In this document: in pieces, positions 41,449 through 51,411 of the stretch
Numbering within the stretch: position 1 is the stretch's first letter
Layout of the letters: each line of letters starts with the position of its first letter
Position numbers and translations under genes: made by a program
Origin: an uncultured delta proteobacterium
Lineage (GTDB): Bacteria; Myxococcota_A; Polyangia; Haliangiales; Haliangiaceae
Assembly (NCBI GenBank): GCA_963848295.1
Contig: CAWKDB010000010.1
Coordinates: 1,504,001 to 1,568,000 of the forward strand
Length of the DNA stretch: 64,000 nucleotides
Reading direction: 5' to 3'
The notes under the pieces: model-generated
Database searches by the model: none
What the model saw: only the letters and a program-made list of their open reading frames with translations
Told to the model about the DNA's origin: nothing

Positions 41449-43200
41449 GTGGGCGACACGATCCCGCATCGGCTGCTGCGCAAGGCGGTGGAGCGACCGT
41501 CGACGATCGCCTATCAAGCGAAGGTCGGCGGCCGCTGGCAACCCACGACGTATCAAACCTACGTCGCCGAGATCCGTACCGCGGCGCGCGCGTTGATCGC
41601 ACTCGGCTATGCGCGCGGCGGCAAGGTCGCGATCCTCGGCTTCAACACGCCGGAGTGGGTGATCCTCGATCACGCGGCGATGATGGCGGGCGGTGCGCCG
41701 GCCGGGATCTATACGACGTGCTCGCCCGACGAGGTTTCATACATCATTCACCACAGCGAAGCCCTGGTCGTGCTCGTCGAGAACGCGGCGCAACTCGCGA
41801 AGGTGCAAGCGCGCCGCGCCCAGTTGCCGTTGCTCCAATGGATCGTGTTGATGCGAGGCGCGAACGATGTCGCGACCGGCGGCGACGTGCTGTCGTGGGA
41901 CCAGTTTCTGTCGCGTGCCGACTCGGTCACAGACGCCGAGCTCGATCGCCGCGTCGACGCGCTGCAACCCGACGACCTCGCGACGCTGATCTATACGTCG
42001 GGGACCACCGGGCCGCCGAAGGGCGTGATGCTGTCGCACGACAACTTGTCGTTCACCGCGCAGCTGCTGCTCGACATCGGCGGCCGCCATACCGACGACA
42101 TCATGTTGTCGTATCTTCCGTTGTCGCATATCGCCGAGCAGATGTGCACGGTCCACATGCCCGCGACCGCGGGCTCGACCGTGTGCTTCGCCGAATCGCT
42201 CGAGAAGGTGGCCGACAACATCAAAGAGGTCCGGCCGACCGCGATGTTCGGCGTCCCGCGGATCTGGGAGAAGTTTCACGCCGGCTTGGCGGCGAAGCTC
42301 GGCGAGACGACCGGCGTCAAGAAGCGGCTCGTGACCTGGGCCCGCGGCGTGTGCTCCGAGGTGTCGGCGCTGCGCGACCGGGGCCAGCCGATTCCGCGCT
42401 TGCTCGCGGCGCGCCACCGGATCGCCGACCGCCTCGTGATCAGCAAGCTCAAGGCTGCGCTCGGCTTCGACCGCGTGCGCGACCTGTTCTCCGGCGCGGC
42501 GCCGATCGCACCCGACGTGCTCGAGTTCTTCAACAGCCTCGATCTGCCGGTCCGCGAGATCTACGGCCAGTCCGAGGACACCGGCCCGACCTCGTGCAAC
42601 CTCGTGGGCCAGACCAAGATCGGCTCGGTCGGGGTCGCCCTGCCCGGCCTCACCGTCAAGATCGCCGAGGACGGCGAGATCCTGGTCAAAGGTCGCAACG
42701 TCTTCATGGGCTACTACAAGGAGCCCGAGGCGACCGCCGAGGCGCTGCACGACGGTTGGCTGCTGTCGGGTGACCTCGGCGCGTTCGACGCGAACGGCTA
42801 TCTCACGATCACCGGCCGCAAGAAAGAGATCATCATCACCGCCGGCGGCAAGAACATCGCGCCGAAGAACATCGAGGCGATGCTCAAGATGTCGCCGCTC
42901 GTCGCGGAAGCCGTCGTGATCGGCGACCGCCGCAAGTTCCTCACCGCGTTGGTCACGCTCGACGATGCCGCCGCGAAGAAGGTCGGTGGCGAGACCGAGG
43001 TTCGCGCCGCGATCCAGAAGCAGGTCGACGAAGCGAACGAGACGCTCGCGCGCGTCGAGCAGATCAAGAAGTTCGCGATCCTCGCCAAGCCGTTCGGGAT
43101 CGATTCCGGCGAGCTCACGCCGACGATGAAGATCAAGCGCAAGGTCGTCGCGCAGATGTACGCGCGGGAGATCGATGCGATGTACGCGGACGATCGGTGA
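41449..43200 (+). CDS. Long-chain fatty acid--CoA ligase (FadD15/ACSBG-like)
   Basis: IYTSGTTGPPKG, YLPLSHIAE, YGQSE, SGDLG, GRKKEIIITAGGKNIAP, ELTPTMKIKR. Confidence 0.92.
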   Translation: MGDTIPHRLLRKAVERPSTIAYQAKVGGRWQPTTYQTYVAEIRTAARALIALGYARGGKVAILGFNTPEWVILDHAAMMAGGAPAGIYTTCSPDEVSYIIHHSEALVVLVENAAQLAKVQARRAQLPLLQWIVLMRGANDVATGGDVLSWDQFLSRADSVTDAELDRRVDALQPDDLATLIYTSGTTGPPKGVMLSHDNLSFTAQLLLDIGGRHTDDIMLSYLPLSHIAEQMCTVHMPATAGSTVCFAESLEKVADNIKEVRPTAMFGVPRIWEKFHAGLAAKLGETTGVKKRLVTWARGVCSEVSALRDRGQPIPRLLAARHRIADRLVISKLKAALGFDRVRDLFSGAAPIAPDVLEFFNSLDLPVREIYGQSEDTGPTSCNLVGQTKIGSVGVALPGLTVKIAEDGEILVKGRNVFMGYYKEPEATAEALHDGWLLSGDLGAFDANGYLTITGRKKEIIITAGGKNIAPKNIEAMLKMSPLVAEAVVIGDRRKFLTALVTLDDAAAKKVGGETEVRAAIQKQVDEANETLARVEQIKKFAILAKPFGIDSGELTPTMKIKRKVVAQMYAREIDAMYADDR

Positions 43201-43964
43201 CCGCGGTCTGGCCGCGCACGAGCTATGTCGTCGGCGGCGGTCCGGCGGCGATCGCGCTGATCGCGCTCGCGCGCACGAAGCTGCCCGATCCGCTGCCGAT
43301 CTCGCGCAACCGTCACGGCATGCCGCACGACGGCGACGGTCCCGATGCGATCGCGCTGGTCGCTCGCGACCGCGCCGAGGATCCCGCGTGGTTCGTCGAG
43401 CAGGTCGTCGCGCCGTTCGCGGATCTGATCGCGGCCGACCTCGGGGCATCGGTCGCCGCCGCCGCGCTCGCTTCCGAGCATGCCTACGTCATCGAGGCCG
43501 AGCTCGCCGATCCCGACGATCTCGGCCACGTCCAGGCCGCGTGGGCGCTCGCGAAGTGCGTGTGCGAAGAGGGCGCGACGATCGTGATCGACGTCTACGC
43601 GGCGCGCGCCCACCTCGGACAAGAGGTCGCGGCGCTCGCGCCGGATCGCGGGTTCGACGTGATGCACGAAGTGACGCTGTTCTTCGACGAGGTCGGCGAC
43701 GGTACGCTCGCCGCGTGGTCGCTCGGCCTGCGCAAGTTCGGCCGTCCCGATATCGTGTTGCTCGGCGTCGCCCCCGAAGCCGCGACCGAGGCCGCACTCG
43801 TGTTGCGCGATGTCGCCGCGACGCTCGCTGCCGGCGAGCGGATCGAGCCCGGGGACGTCGTCGATACGCCGGGCAAAGGTCCGCTCGTCGCGCAGCGCTT
43901 CGCGTCCGAGACCGCGCCCATCGTCGCGGTCGAAGGCGAGGCGATCGTGTTAGCGCGACAGTAG
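43197..43964 (+). CDS. Hypothetical protein (DUF4261-like C-terminus)
   Basis: SLGLRKFGRPDIVL..LAAGERIEPGD; GTGA overlap with the ligase gene. Confidence 0.55.
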   Translation: MTAVWPRTSYVVGGGPAAIALIALARTKLPDPLPISRNRHGMPHDGDGPDAIALVARDRAEDPAWFVEQVVAPFADLIAADLGASVAAAALASEHAYVIEAELADPDDLGHVQAAWALAKCVCEEGATIVIDVYAARAHLGQEVAALAPDRGFDVMHEVTLFFDEVGDGTLAAWSLGLRKFGRPDIVLLGVAPEAATEAALVLRDVAATLAAGERIEPGDVVDTPGKGPLVAQRFASETAPIVAVEGEAIVLARQ

Positions 43965-45515
43965 CCCGACGAGTAAAGCACCGTAGACGCGAACCAGCGT
44001 CGTGAGATCGGCGTCGGTGAAATGCAGCGTCGCGCCGAGGAAGTAATCGCGGCCGTAGCGCAGCTTGTCGAACTGGGTCGGTACGGTGGTGGGGCCGGTC
44101 TCGATCGGCAGGTACTCGCCCTTGTTGAGCGCGTCATCGATGCCGGCGATCAAGTACACCGAGCGAAACACTTCGAGTGCCGCCGCGAGCTTGAGGTCGG
44201 GTCGCGGATTGAACGAGCCGAACAAGTCGGCGGAGAACCGCAACTTGCCATTGCCCAGCAACAGCGCATCCGCGCCGATGCCGAAGTTCGAGTCCTTGAT
44301 GCCGCCGCGCAGCTGGAACCAGCCGCCGAATCGCTTGCCGTACTCGAGGGTGAACCGCAGGCTGTCGTCGATCGTTTGCGTGCGATCGAACGTATCGCTG
44401 CCGGTCACGTCGGACAGCGAGTCACCCGGGCGTGCACCGAGCTGCGATTTCTCGAGCTCGACGAGCACGAAGTTGTCTTTGTGCGCGGCGAGCTCGGCGG
44501 TGACGTAGTAGCGCGGGATGTGCGAGAAGATGTTGTACTCGGCGCGGAACCCGAGCCACGAGCGGAACTTCGTGAAGCTCGCGGTGCCGCTCGCGATCGT
44601 ATCGGTGGTGTCGTCGAGCGACTCGCCCAGCTCGCCGTCGTTGATCAACCGGCCGAGCCCGCCCTTGAAGTCGTCGCCTCGGCCCTCGTTGACCGCCTCC
44701 ACGACGTCGGCGACTTGCTGGATCGGCTTGTCGACCTGGTCGAGGCCAGCGCGCGTGCGAGCGAGCGCGTCGTGCAGGCCGGACTTGAGGTCGGCCATCT
44801 GCTTGCGCGCGCTCGTGATGCGGTGATCGAATGACGTGATGCCGTCGGGGATCGATTGCTTCGCGCCCGCGACCGCCGCCGCGGCGCGCTCGGTCCCCTG
44901 GTCGACGCGCTCCATCGCGCGCTCGGCGGCGCCCAACGGAGATTCGACGTGGCCAGCGTCGAGCCAGCGCTCGGCACCGGCGAGTCCGGCGACGACCGGG
45001 CCGCTGACCCAACGCCGCGCGTCGAGCATGAAGCCGTGCGCGGTATCGAGCGCACGATCGACTTTCGGCATCGCGCGCCCGATCCCTCTCAACACGCTGT
45101 CGGTCGACGACCCCTCGAGGACGTGGATGAGCTGTTCGCCCGACTTGAGCCGGCGCGCGGTCGCCGCGCCCGCCTCGCCCGTGGTCGGCACGATCTCGAT
45201 GTAGCTGTCGCCGAACGCCGATTCGGCGCGCTTGGTCACCCACGAGTCGATCGGAATATCGACGTCGTCGACGAGACGCAGGTCGACGCGCGCGAGCCCG
45301 GCCTCGACCGACAGCCGCGACACCTCGCCGACGTGAACGCCCGCGATCATCACCGGCGAGCCGCTCGCCAGGCGCGAGCCGTCGCGAAACAACGCCCAGG
45401 TCGTGAATGCCTGGCCGACCTTCGTGTCGGGCATGCGCGACCGGATCAACAACGCGGCGGCTCCGACGACCGTGAGGATCACGGCGAAGGTCACGAACCG
45501 CGACAGCCAGCGCAC
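43950..45515 (-). CDS. MCE/MlaD family protein with long helical region and beta-rich C-terminus
   Basis: TM anchor; FRDGSRLASGSPVMIAGVHVGEV, FGDSYIEIVP MCE motifs; GGLGRLIND. Confidence 0.85.
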   Translation of the reverse strand: MRWLSRFVTFAVILTVVGAAALLIRSRMPDTKVGQAFTTWALFRDGSRLASGSPVMIAGVHVGEVSRLSVEAGLARVDLRLVDDVDIPIDSWVTKRAESAFGDSYIEIVPTTGEAGAATARRLKSGEQLIHVLEGSSTDSVLRGIGRAMPKVDRALDTAHGFMLDARRWVSGPVVAGLAGAERWLDAGHVESPLGAAERAMERVDQGTERAAAAVAGAKQSIPDGITSFDHRITSARKQMADLKSGLHDALARTRAGLDQVDKPIQQVADVVEAVNEGRGDDFKGGLGRLINDGELGESLDDTTDTIASGTASFTKFRSWLGFRAEYNIFSHIPRYYVTAELAAHKDNFVLVELEKSQLGARPGDSLSDVTGSDTFDRTQTIDDSLRFTLEYGKRFGGWFQLRGGIKDSNFGIGADALLLGNGKLRFSADLFGSFNPRPDLKLAAALEVFRSVYLIAGIDDALNKGEYLPIETGPTTVPTQFDKLRYGRDYFLGATLHFTDADLTTLVRVYGALLVGLLSR

Positions 45516-45618
45516 GCGCCGAGTCTACACGCCAGGAGACCGTAGCGCGCAGCGCATACGGTCGGCATGAGCGGCAGGGGCAGGAGCAGGGAACAATGAC
45601 GGCGCAGCCGCACCTTTG

Positions 45619-46605
45619 TTACCGGTTGCAGTCGCCGGTCAATGGAATCATCGGCCCGTTGTCGATCACCTCGAAGTCCTCGACCTTGAGGGCTGCCAGG
45701 TCGTGAGGATCGAGCAAGCCGTCCCACTTCGCGGTCGAATAACGGTCGTCTTGGCCGGTCAGCGCGATGTTGCCGCCGTCCGCCTGGTACATGCCGTACT
45801 TCTGCAGGGCGCGCGCGACGACTTGCGCGCCGGCGCTCGGCAGCGACGACACATCGTAGTCCGCGCGCAGCCGCAACTGGAAGCCGTAATACGGTAGGCC
45901 AGCGCCGCCGGTGGTCGACGTGCCGTGCGTCGCCGGTCGGACGAAGCCCTCTTGCATGCGATCGTTCGGCATGATGAAGCGGATCGCGTGATCGATCGAG
46001 CCTGCGGCGACCTCGTCGGCGGTGAACAGCATCGGCGACATCGGGAAGCCGGCCGCGTCGGCGCTCGTGCACTGGTCGCCCCGCAGCGTCGCGTCGTAGC
46101 TCTTCGTAGTGTCCCACACCGCGAGGCAACCGCCTTGAAAATCGCTGCCGTTGATGTTCGCGCGCCACATCTCGTAGAGCTTGCCGGCGTCTTGATCGAA
46201 CACGAGCAGATGGCAGTCGCCGTCCTGCGTGCACGCATAGCCGGTCTCGCCTTCGACGTTGCCACCGGTCGGCACCGGCATCTGCACGTCGTCGCAATCG
46301 GGCGAATAGAAGTCATCGGTCGGCGTGAACGTCAACATCGGCGTCGACGAGTCCGCCGCGAGCGTCACGATCGAGAAGTCGATCTGAAACTTGTTGCCGT
46401 TGCCCCAGCCGCCCGCCGCGCTCAAGGCTGCGATGATCGCCGCGCTGTTCGCGGCCGGCGCGCTGCCCGAGACGTCGGTGTCGAAGAACATCGGTTGCTC
46501 GAAGAACGGCCCCGATGTGCCCATCCCGCCGCCACCGCCGCCACCGCCGCCACCGCCACCACCACACGCCGCGACCACGCCAAGAGCTACGAGATACCCG
46601 CGCAT
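45619..46605 (-). CDS. Hypothetical lipoprotein with poly-Gly linker
   Basis: VAAC lipobox; DCHLLV..LYEMW, TSADAAGFP, IDHAIRF, LQKYGM motifs. Confidence 0.7.
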   Translation of the reverse strand: MRGYLVALGVVAACGGGGGGGGGGGGGMGTSGPFFEQPMFFDTDVSGSAPAANSAAIIAALSAAGGWGNGNKFQIDFSIVTLAADSSTPMLTFTPTDDFYSPDCDDVQMPVPTGGNVEGETGYACTQDGDCHLLVFDQDAGKLYEMWRANINGSDFQGGCLAVWDTTKSYDATLRGDQCTSADAAGFPMSPMLFTADEVAAGSIDHAIRFIMPNDRMQEGFVRPATHGTSTTGGAGLPYYGFQLRLRADYDVSSLPSAGAQVVARALQKYGMYQADGGNIALTGQDDRYSTAKWDGLLDPHDLAALKVEDFEVIDNGPMIPLTGDCNR

Positions 46606-46620
46606 GCGGTCATCGTCGCA

Positions 46621-48495
46621 CTACTTCTCGCCGCGAACCAAGTAGTAGTGCACACCGTGCTGCGGGTGCGACATGCGGATCGCGAGCGCCCTACCCGGCG
46701 GCGGCCCGACCGTCGCATGAAACCGCCGCGAACGATCGATGGGCACGTCGACACCTTCGACCTTCGCGGTCCAGCCGTTGAGTACGGCGCCACGCACTTC
46801 GATGTCACCCGTGAACGCAGCCCCGTTCTGAGGCGACTCCAGGTACACCTGCGCTGCGGTCTGGTCGAAGCTGATGATCAGCGTCGAGACCTTGTCTTGC
46901 TTCACGCCGTCGTGATCGACCCAGTAGGTATACGTACCCTCCTTGAGCGCGGTGCCGGGCACGAGGAACCTGCCGGTCGTCGATTCGAACGTCTTGTCGG
47001 TGCCGCCCGCGGCCATGTGCAGCGTGAACGCCGAGCCGGGGCCCTTGTAGCGAACGTCGAAGTTCGGCACCGAGCTCTGATAGCCGACGCGCACCGTCTG
47101 GCCGAGCGTGTCGATCTGATTGACCGACGTGTTGGGGGGCGGCAACGCGCGGCGGCCCGCGTCGCGAATCGCGACGATCCGACCCGACGCGACCGGCGGG
47201 CCCTCGCTGTCGCCGACCGTGCACCGGATCCGGTAGTACCAGCCGCCGCTCGGGATGTAGAGGTTCGCGTTCTCCTTGCCGGCCGAGACGCGCGGCGCGG
47301 GGAACCCGGGATGCGAATCGAGGTCGACGACTCCGCCGTTCGGACACTTCGCCGAGAAGTCGAACTGCACCGCGGTCGGCCCCTTCGGATCGTGGATCGT
47401 GAACGACTCGCCGTTCGTCGCCCGGAAATCGAAGTACGACGGAATCGAGACGTCGACCCGGATCGTGCCGGCCGGCGCGAGCGTCGCGCTCTCGCCGCGG
47501 CTCATCTGGAGCGCGGCATTGCCGGCGCCGGTGAGCCTGACCGAATCGCGCAGGACCGCGACGCGCGTCTCGCGGCCGGTGACGTCGACCTTCGCGATCG
47601 CGGGCGCCTTCTCGGTTCCCTTGAGCGCGACCGCGCCGCCAGGCACCGCGATCTTGCCTTCGGCCGTCGCCGGCACCGACGCCTTGGCGCTGCCGAGCTC
47701 GAGCGCGAAGACGTTGTCGTCGGACAGGCTGATGCGCGCCCCCGAGACGAGATCGATCGTCGTGCCGCTCGCGACCGCGGTGGCGGTCGTGCCGTAGCCG
47801 AGGCGGATCTTCGTGCCCTTGGCAAACGTCGACGGCCCCTCGGGCACCGGCTGCCACTTCTTCTCGCCCGCGGGTAGCACCTCGGCGTGCTTGCCCTTGA
47901 CGTCGATCGTCGTGTCGGTCGCCACCGGCGCGGCATCGGGCGGCGCGGCGTCGACGACGACACCGGCATCGACCGAGGCGATCACGACGTTCGAGATATC
48001 GGGCACGAACGCCTGACCGAGCTCGAGACTGGTCTGCGAGCCGGCCTTGTTCACGAACGTCGCGCTACCGGCCTCGAGCTTGAACTCACCGCCCCTGCCG
48101 TTCGCGGTGATCCGGATCCGGCCGTCTTTGCCGATCTTGACCGCACCGATGTCGAGGTTGACGTCGCCGCCAGACAACAACACGCTGCCGAGCTCGACGC
48201 TGATCGTGCCGCCGCCCTGGCCGCCGAACCGCAACACCGAGTGCGGCTGCATCTCGATCTGCGCGGTGTTCGCGAGTCGCAATAACGCGGTGCCGTCACC
48301 GGTGCGCGCGGCATCGCCGAGGAAGAACTGATCGCCGACCGCGGACGGCTTCCACTCGGCTTGGCCTTCCTGGCGCTCGATCGTCGACTTGGCTTCGACC
48401 AGCTCCGCGATGCCGATCTTCTTCTTGCTGCCGCATCCCGCGATCGCGAGGGCGACGACACATACGGCGAAGAAGGCGACTCTCCGGCTGTGCAT
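46621..48495 (-). CDS. FecR-like domain lipoprotein with C-terminal Ig-like domains
   Basis: IAGC lipobox; W....GD....GDAARTG and W.....G.....GTKIRLG FecR-like repeats. Confidence 0.6.
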   Translation of the reverse strand: MHSRRVAFFAVCVVALAIAGCGSKKKIGIAELVEAKSTIERQEGQAEWKPSAVGDQFFLGDAARTGDGTALLRLANTAQIEMQPHSVLRFGGQGGGTISVELGSVLLSGGDVNLDIGAVKIGKDGRIRITANGRGGEFKLEAGSATFVNKAGSQTSLELGQAFVPDISNVVIASVDAGVVVDAAPPDAAPVATDTTIDVKGKHAEVLPAGEKKWQPVPEGPSTFAKGTKIRLGYGTTATAVASGTTIDLVSGARISLSDDNVFALELGSAKASVPATAEGKIAVPGGAVALKGTEKAPAIAKVDVTGRETRVAVLRDSVRLTGAGNAALQMSRGESATLAPAGTIRVDVSIPSYFDFRATNGESFTIHDPKGPTAVQFDFSAKCPNGGVVDLDSHPGFPAPRVSAGKENANLYIPSGGWYYRIRCTVGDSEGPPVASGRIVAIRDAGRRALPPPNTSVNQIDTLGQTVRVGYQSSVPNFDVRYKGPGSAFTLHMAAGGTDKTFESTTGRFLVPGTALKEGTYTYWVDHDGVKQDKVSTLIISFDQTAAQVYLESPQNGAAFTGDIEVRGAVLNGWTAKVEGVDVPIDRSRRFHATVGPPPGRALAIRMSHPQHGVHYYLVRGEK

Positions 48496-48496
48496 G

Positions 48497-50080
48497 CTAC
48501 TTGTGCAAGTCCACGTTCTTGATGTTGACGCCGTTCGGGTCGATCACGATCTCGAGCTGCTGCGCCGCGAACCCCTTCGCGGTGAACGAGGCCTTGTACG
48601 AACCCGGCGGTAGCTCGATCTTGAATGCACCCTCGGCGTCGCTCACCGTCTTCTTGTCCGCGATCGTGATCGTCGCGTTCGCGATTCCCTTCCCGGTCTT
48701 CGCATCGTGGATGAAGCCCGAGAACGTGCCCGGCGGCAGCAGCGGATCGAGCTTGATCACCGGCACGGTGTTCGGACCCTTCACCAGCGTGAGCGTCGCC
48801 CGGCCCGGCTTCTTGTTATCGACGTCGACGTCGATCTCGGCGCCGGTATCATCGAGCTCGGTCTTGCCGGCCTTGGTCTCGCCGATCCTGAGCTTCGACA
48901 CCGTGTAGTTACCCTTGTCGTCGGTCGCTCCGGTACCGGTGATCTTCGCGAGCTTCACCGTGATCTTCGCGCCGACGACCGGCGTGCCGGCGTCGTCGGT
49001 GACTTGACCGCTGACGTCCGCGAACTCGTCGACCGCCTTGGCCTCGCACGTGTTCGTCCGCGCGCAGTCGTTGACGTGGATGTGAGTGTCGCGCTTCGGC
49101 CCGCCGAACCGACCGTCGAGCCCGATCCCGAACGTGAAGCTCGGCTCGTATGGGACGATCGGGATGTTCTGCGACATGACCTGAGCGGCGGTGATCCCGG
49201 GGGACTTCGCCACGTCGAAGTACGCGAGGAGCGACCACTCGTCGGTGAAGTGATAGCCGCCGGTCAGCGTGCCGCGCACGATGACCTTGCCGTCGTCGAG
49301 CGTCGCCATCGGGCGGTCGCTCGGCGGGCTGCCGAGGAACGCCTCGAAGCTGCCTTCGAGCCCGACCCAGGCCTTGCCAGCAGGGATCGTGACGTGGGCA
49401 CCACCGAACGCTTCGTTGTAGTCGGACACGCCGAGCGAGATCCGATCCGACAGCGATAGCTGATCGAGGTCCGGCGCGCTCTTCGAGCTGTTATCGAGCC
49501 GGAAGCCGATGTCGACCGAGAGCATCGCCGGACCGGCCGGGATCGAGCCGATCGCGCGCAGATCGACCGAGGTCGCCGACCCGGACACCGAGGGTGCGTT
49601 CTTGCCCGGGACCCAAACCCCGAGTTGCGCGCCGACGTGAGCGGTGCCGAAGCCTTTCGCGACCCGGACCATGAGGCGCGGGTCGCCGACGTAGCCGTCG
49701 TCTTCGAACCCGGCGCCGAAGTGCTTGTCGTAACGACCGTCGAGCGACAGGCCGATCGTCAGGATGTCGAGCGGTGCGTACGCGACCGCGAGCGAGCCGA
49801 GCGCGCGATCGAACGAATGCGTGGAGGCGAGCAAGCCCGAGCTGTGGCCGTAGCCGTCGATCGTGCCGACCTCGACAGCGCCCGCCGGGAGCGTGATCGC
49901 GCTCGTGACGTGCATCCCGCCCGGCATGGCTCCGTAGCCAATTTCTTGAGCCGGCGCTGGATTCGGCGCGACGTCGGCGGCCGCGGAGACATCACCGCCC
50001 GAGGGTTCGGGTTGAGCAATCGCTGCAGGCGCTGCGACCACGACGCAAAGAACCGTTGCGAGTCCCGACCGGCAGCGCAT
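48497..50080 (-). CDS. Secreted/outer-membrane protein: beta-barrel-like N-terminus plus two carboxypeptidase-regulatory-like domains
   Basis: Signal peptide; GDPRL..K strands; VSGQVTDDAGTPVVGAKI and FSGFIHDAKTGKGIANATI..LPPGSY..TAKGF. Confidence 0.7.
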   Translation of the reverse strand: MRCRSGLATVLCVVVAAPAAIAQPEPSGGDVSAAADVAPNPAPAQEIGYGAMPGGMHVTSAITLPAGAVEVGTIDGYGHSSGLLASTHSFDRALGSLAVAYAPLDILTIGLSLDGRYDKHFGAGFEDDGYVGDPRLMVRVAKGFGTAHVGAQLGVWVPGKNAPSVSGSATSVDLRAIGSIPAGPAMLSVDIGFRLDNSSKSAPDLDQLSLSDRISLGVSDYNEAFGGAHVTIPAGKAWVGLEGSFEAFLGSPPSDRPMATLDDGKVIVRGTLTGGYHFTDEWSLLAYFDVAKSPGITAAQVMSQNIPIVPYEPSFTFGIGLDGRFGGPKRDTHIHVNDCARTNTCEAKAVDEFADVSGQVTDDAGTPVVGAKITVKLAKITGTGATDDKGNYTVSKLRIGETKAGKTELDDTGAEIDVDVDNKKPGRATLTLVKGPNTVPVIKLDPLLPPGTFSGFIHDAKTGKGIANATITIADKKTVSDAEGAFKIELPPGSYKASFTAKGFAAQQLEIVIDPNGVNIKNVDLHK

Positions 50081-50166
50081 TGTAAAAAGTGTAAGGCGCA
50101 GCGGAGGGTAATTTCCAGTGCACGCCCGATCTTCTTACTTCATTAAGCGCTTGCGCCGCTCGTCAG

Positions 50167-51411
50167 CTAGTGCCGCAACCAGCGCAGGAGCTCGCCGAGA
50201 CCGGGGCGCTTTCCGTACATCAAGATTCCAACGCGGTAGATTTTTGCAGCCGCGCGCGACACGAGGTACGTCGACGCCGCGAGGATCGCGAGCGACAGCC
50301 CGACCTCGGCGCCGGTCGCACCGCCGAGCAAGTAGCGCAGCGGCATCAACATCGGCGACCACATCGGGACCAGCGTCATCGCGGCCGACGTCGGGCCGCG
50401 GGGATCACCGGTGATCGCGGTCATCGACACCATGCCGATCACGAGAAACATCGTGATCGGCATCTGCGCCTGCTGCGATTCTTGATCGGACGCGACGATC
50501 GCGCCGACGCCGGCGTAGAGCGACGAATAGAACAGATAGCCGAGCACGAAGAACGAGCCGATCACGGCGAGCTGACCGGCGCCGAGCTCCGGCAGGGCCG
50601 CGCCGGAGCTGCTCAACCCGAGTCCGGACAGGATCGCCGATTGATACGCGAGCGCGATCCCGGCGGCGATCAGCCAGAGCGCGATCTGAGCGAGCCCGGC
50701 ACCGCCGACCCCGAGGATCTTGCCGGCCATCATGGAACGCGTGGTCGTCGCCGCCGCCATGAGCTCGACGACGCGGCTGGTCTTCTCGGTGACCACGCTG
50801 CGCATCACGTTGATGCCGTACAGCGTGATCATCATGTAGAGGATGAACGCGATGATGTAGCCGAGCACGAACGTCGCCGCGCCCGACTCGCCTTCGGTCT
50901 CGCCGTTGGTGTGCAGCTTCTTGATCTTGGGCGGCGTGACGAGCGCTGCGATCTGGTCCGCGCTCAGGTGGTCCTCGATCCCGCGCTGGGCGATCACGAC
51001 CCCGACCACCGTCCTCTCGAGCGTCATCGCGACCATCTGATTCGTCGCGTTGTCGCCCTGATAGACGATCTCGCCGCCGTGCACGCCGTCGGCAGGGATC
51101 CGGATGAAGCCGCTGACCTTCTTGTCGCGGATCTTGTCGCGCAACGCTTGATCGGTCGTGTCGGGCGGCACGACCGTGCCGATCCAGTGCTCGTCGCCGT
51201 TCGCGAACGCCTTGACGAGCGGCGCGCCGAGCACGCCGGTCGCGTCGACGATATCGACCTTCGCATGCTTCGTGCCGCGGCTCGCGAGCAACGCCGGCAC
51301 GATGAACAGCCCGAGCATCAAGATCGGGCCGAGCACGGTCATCGCGACGAACCACTTCGTGCGCACGCGCTCGAGGAACTCGCGCTTCGCGATCACCCAG
51401 GTTTCACGCAT
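50167..51411 (-). CDS. ABC transporter permease (NatB/YhaP-like)
   Basis: IAKREFLERVR, SVVTEKTSRVVEL, GKILG, GYLFYSSLYA, IYRVGILMYGKRP. Confidence 0.9.
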   Translation of the reverse strand: MRETWVIAKREFLERVRTKWFVAMTVLGPILMLGLFIVPALLASRGTKHAKVDIVDATGVLGAPLVKAFANGDEHWIGTVVPPDTTDQALRDKIRDKKVSGFIRIPADGVHGGEIVYQGDNATNQMVAMTLERTVVGVVIAQRGIEDHLSADQIAALVTPPKIKKLHTNGETEGESGAATFVLGYIIAFILYMMITLYGINVMRSVVTEKTSRVVELMAAATTTRSMMAGKILGVGGAGLAQIALWLIAAGIALAYQSAILSGLGLSSSGAALPELGAGQLAVIGSFFVLGYLFYSSLYAGVGAIVASDQESQQAQMPITMFLVIGMVSMTAITGDPRGPTSAAMTLVPMWSPMLMPLRYLLGGATGAEVGLSLAILAASTYLVSRAAAKIYRVGILMYGKRPGLGELLRWLRH

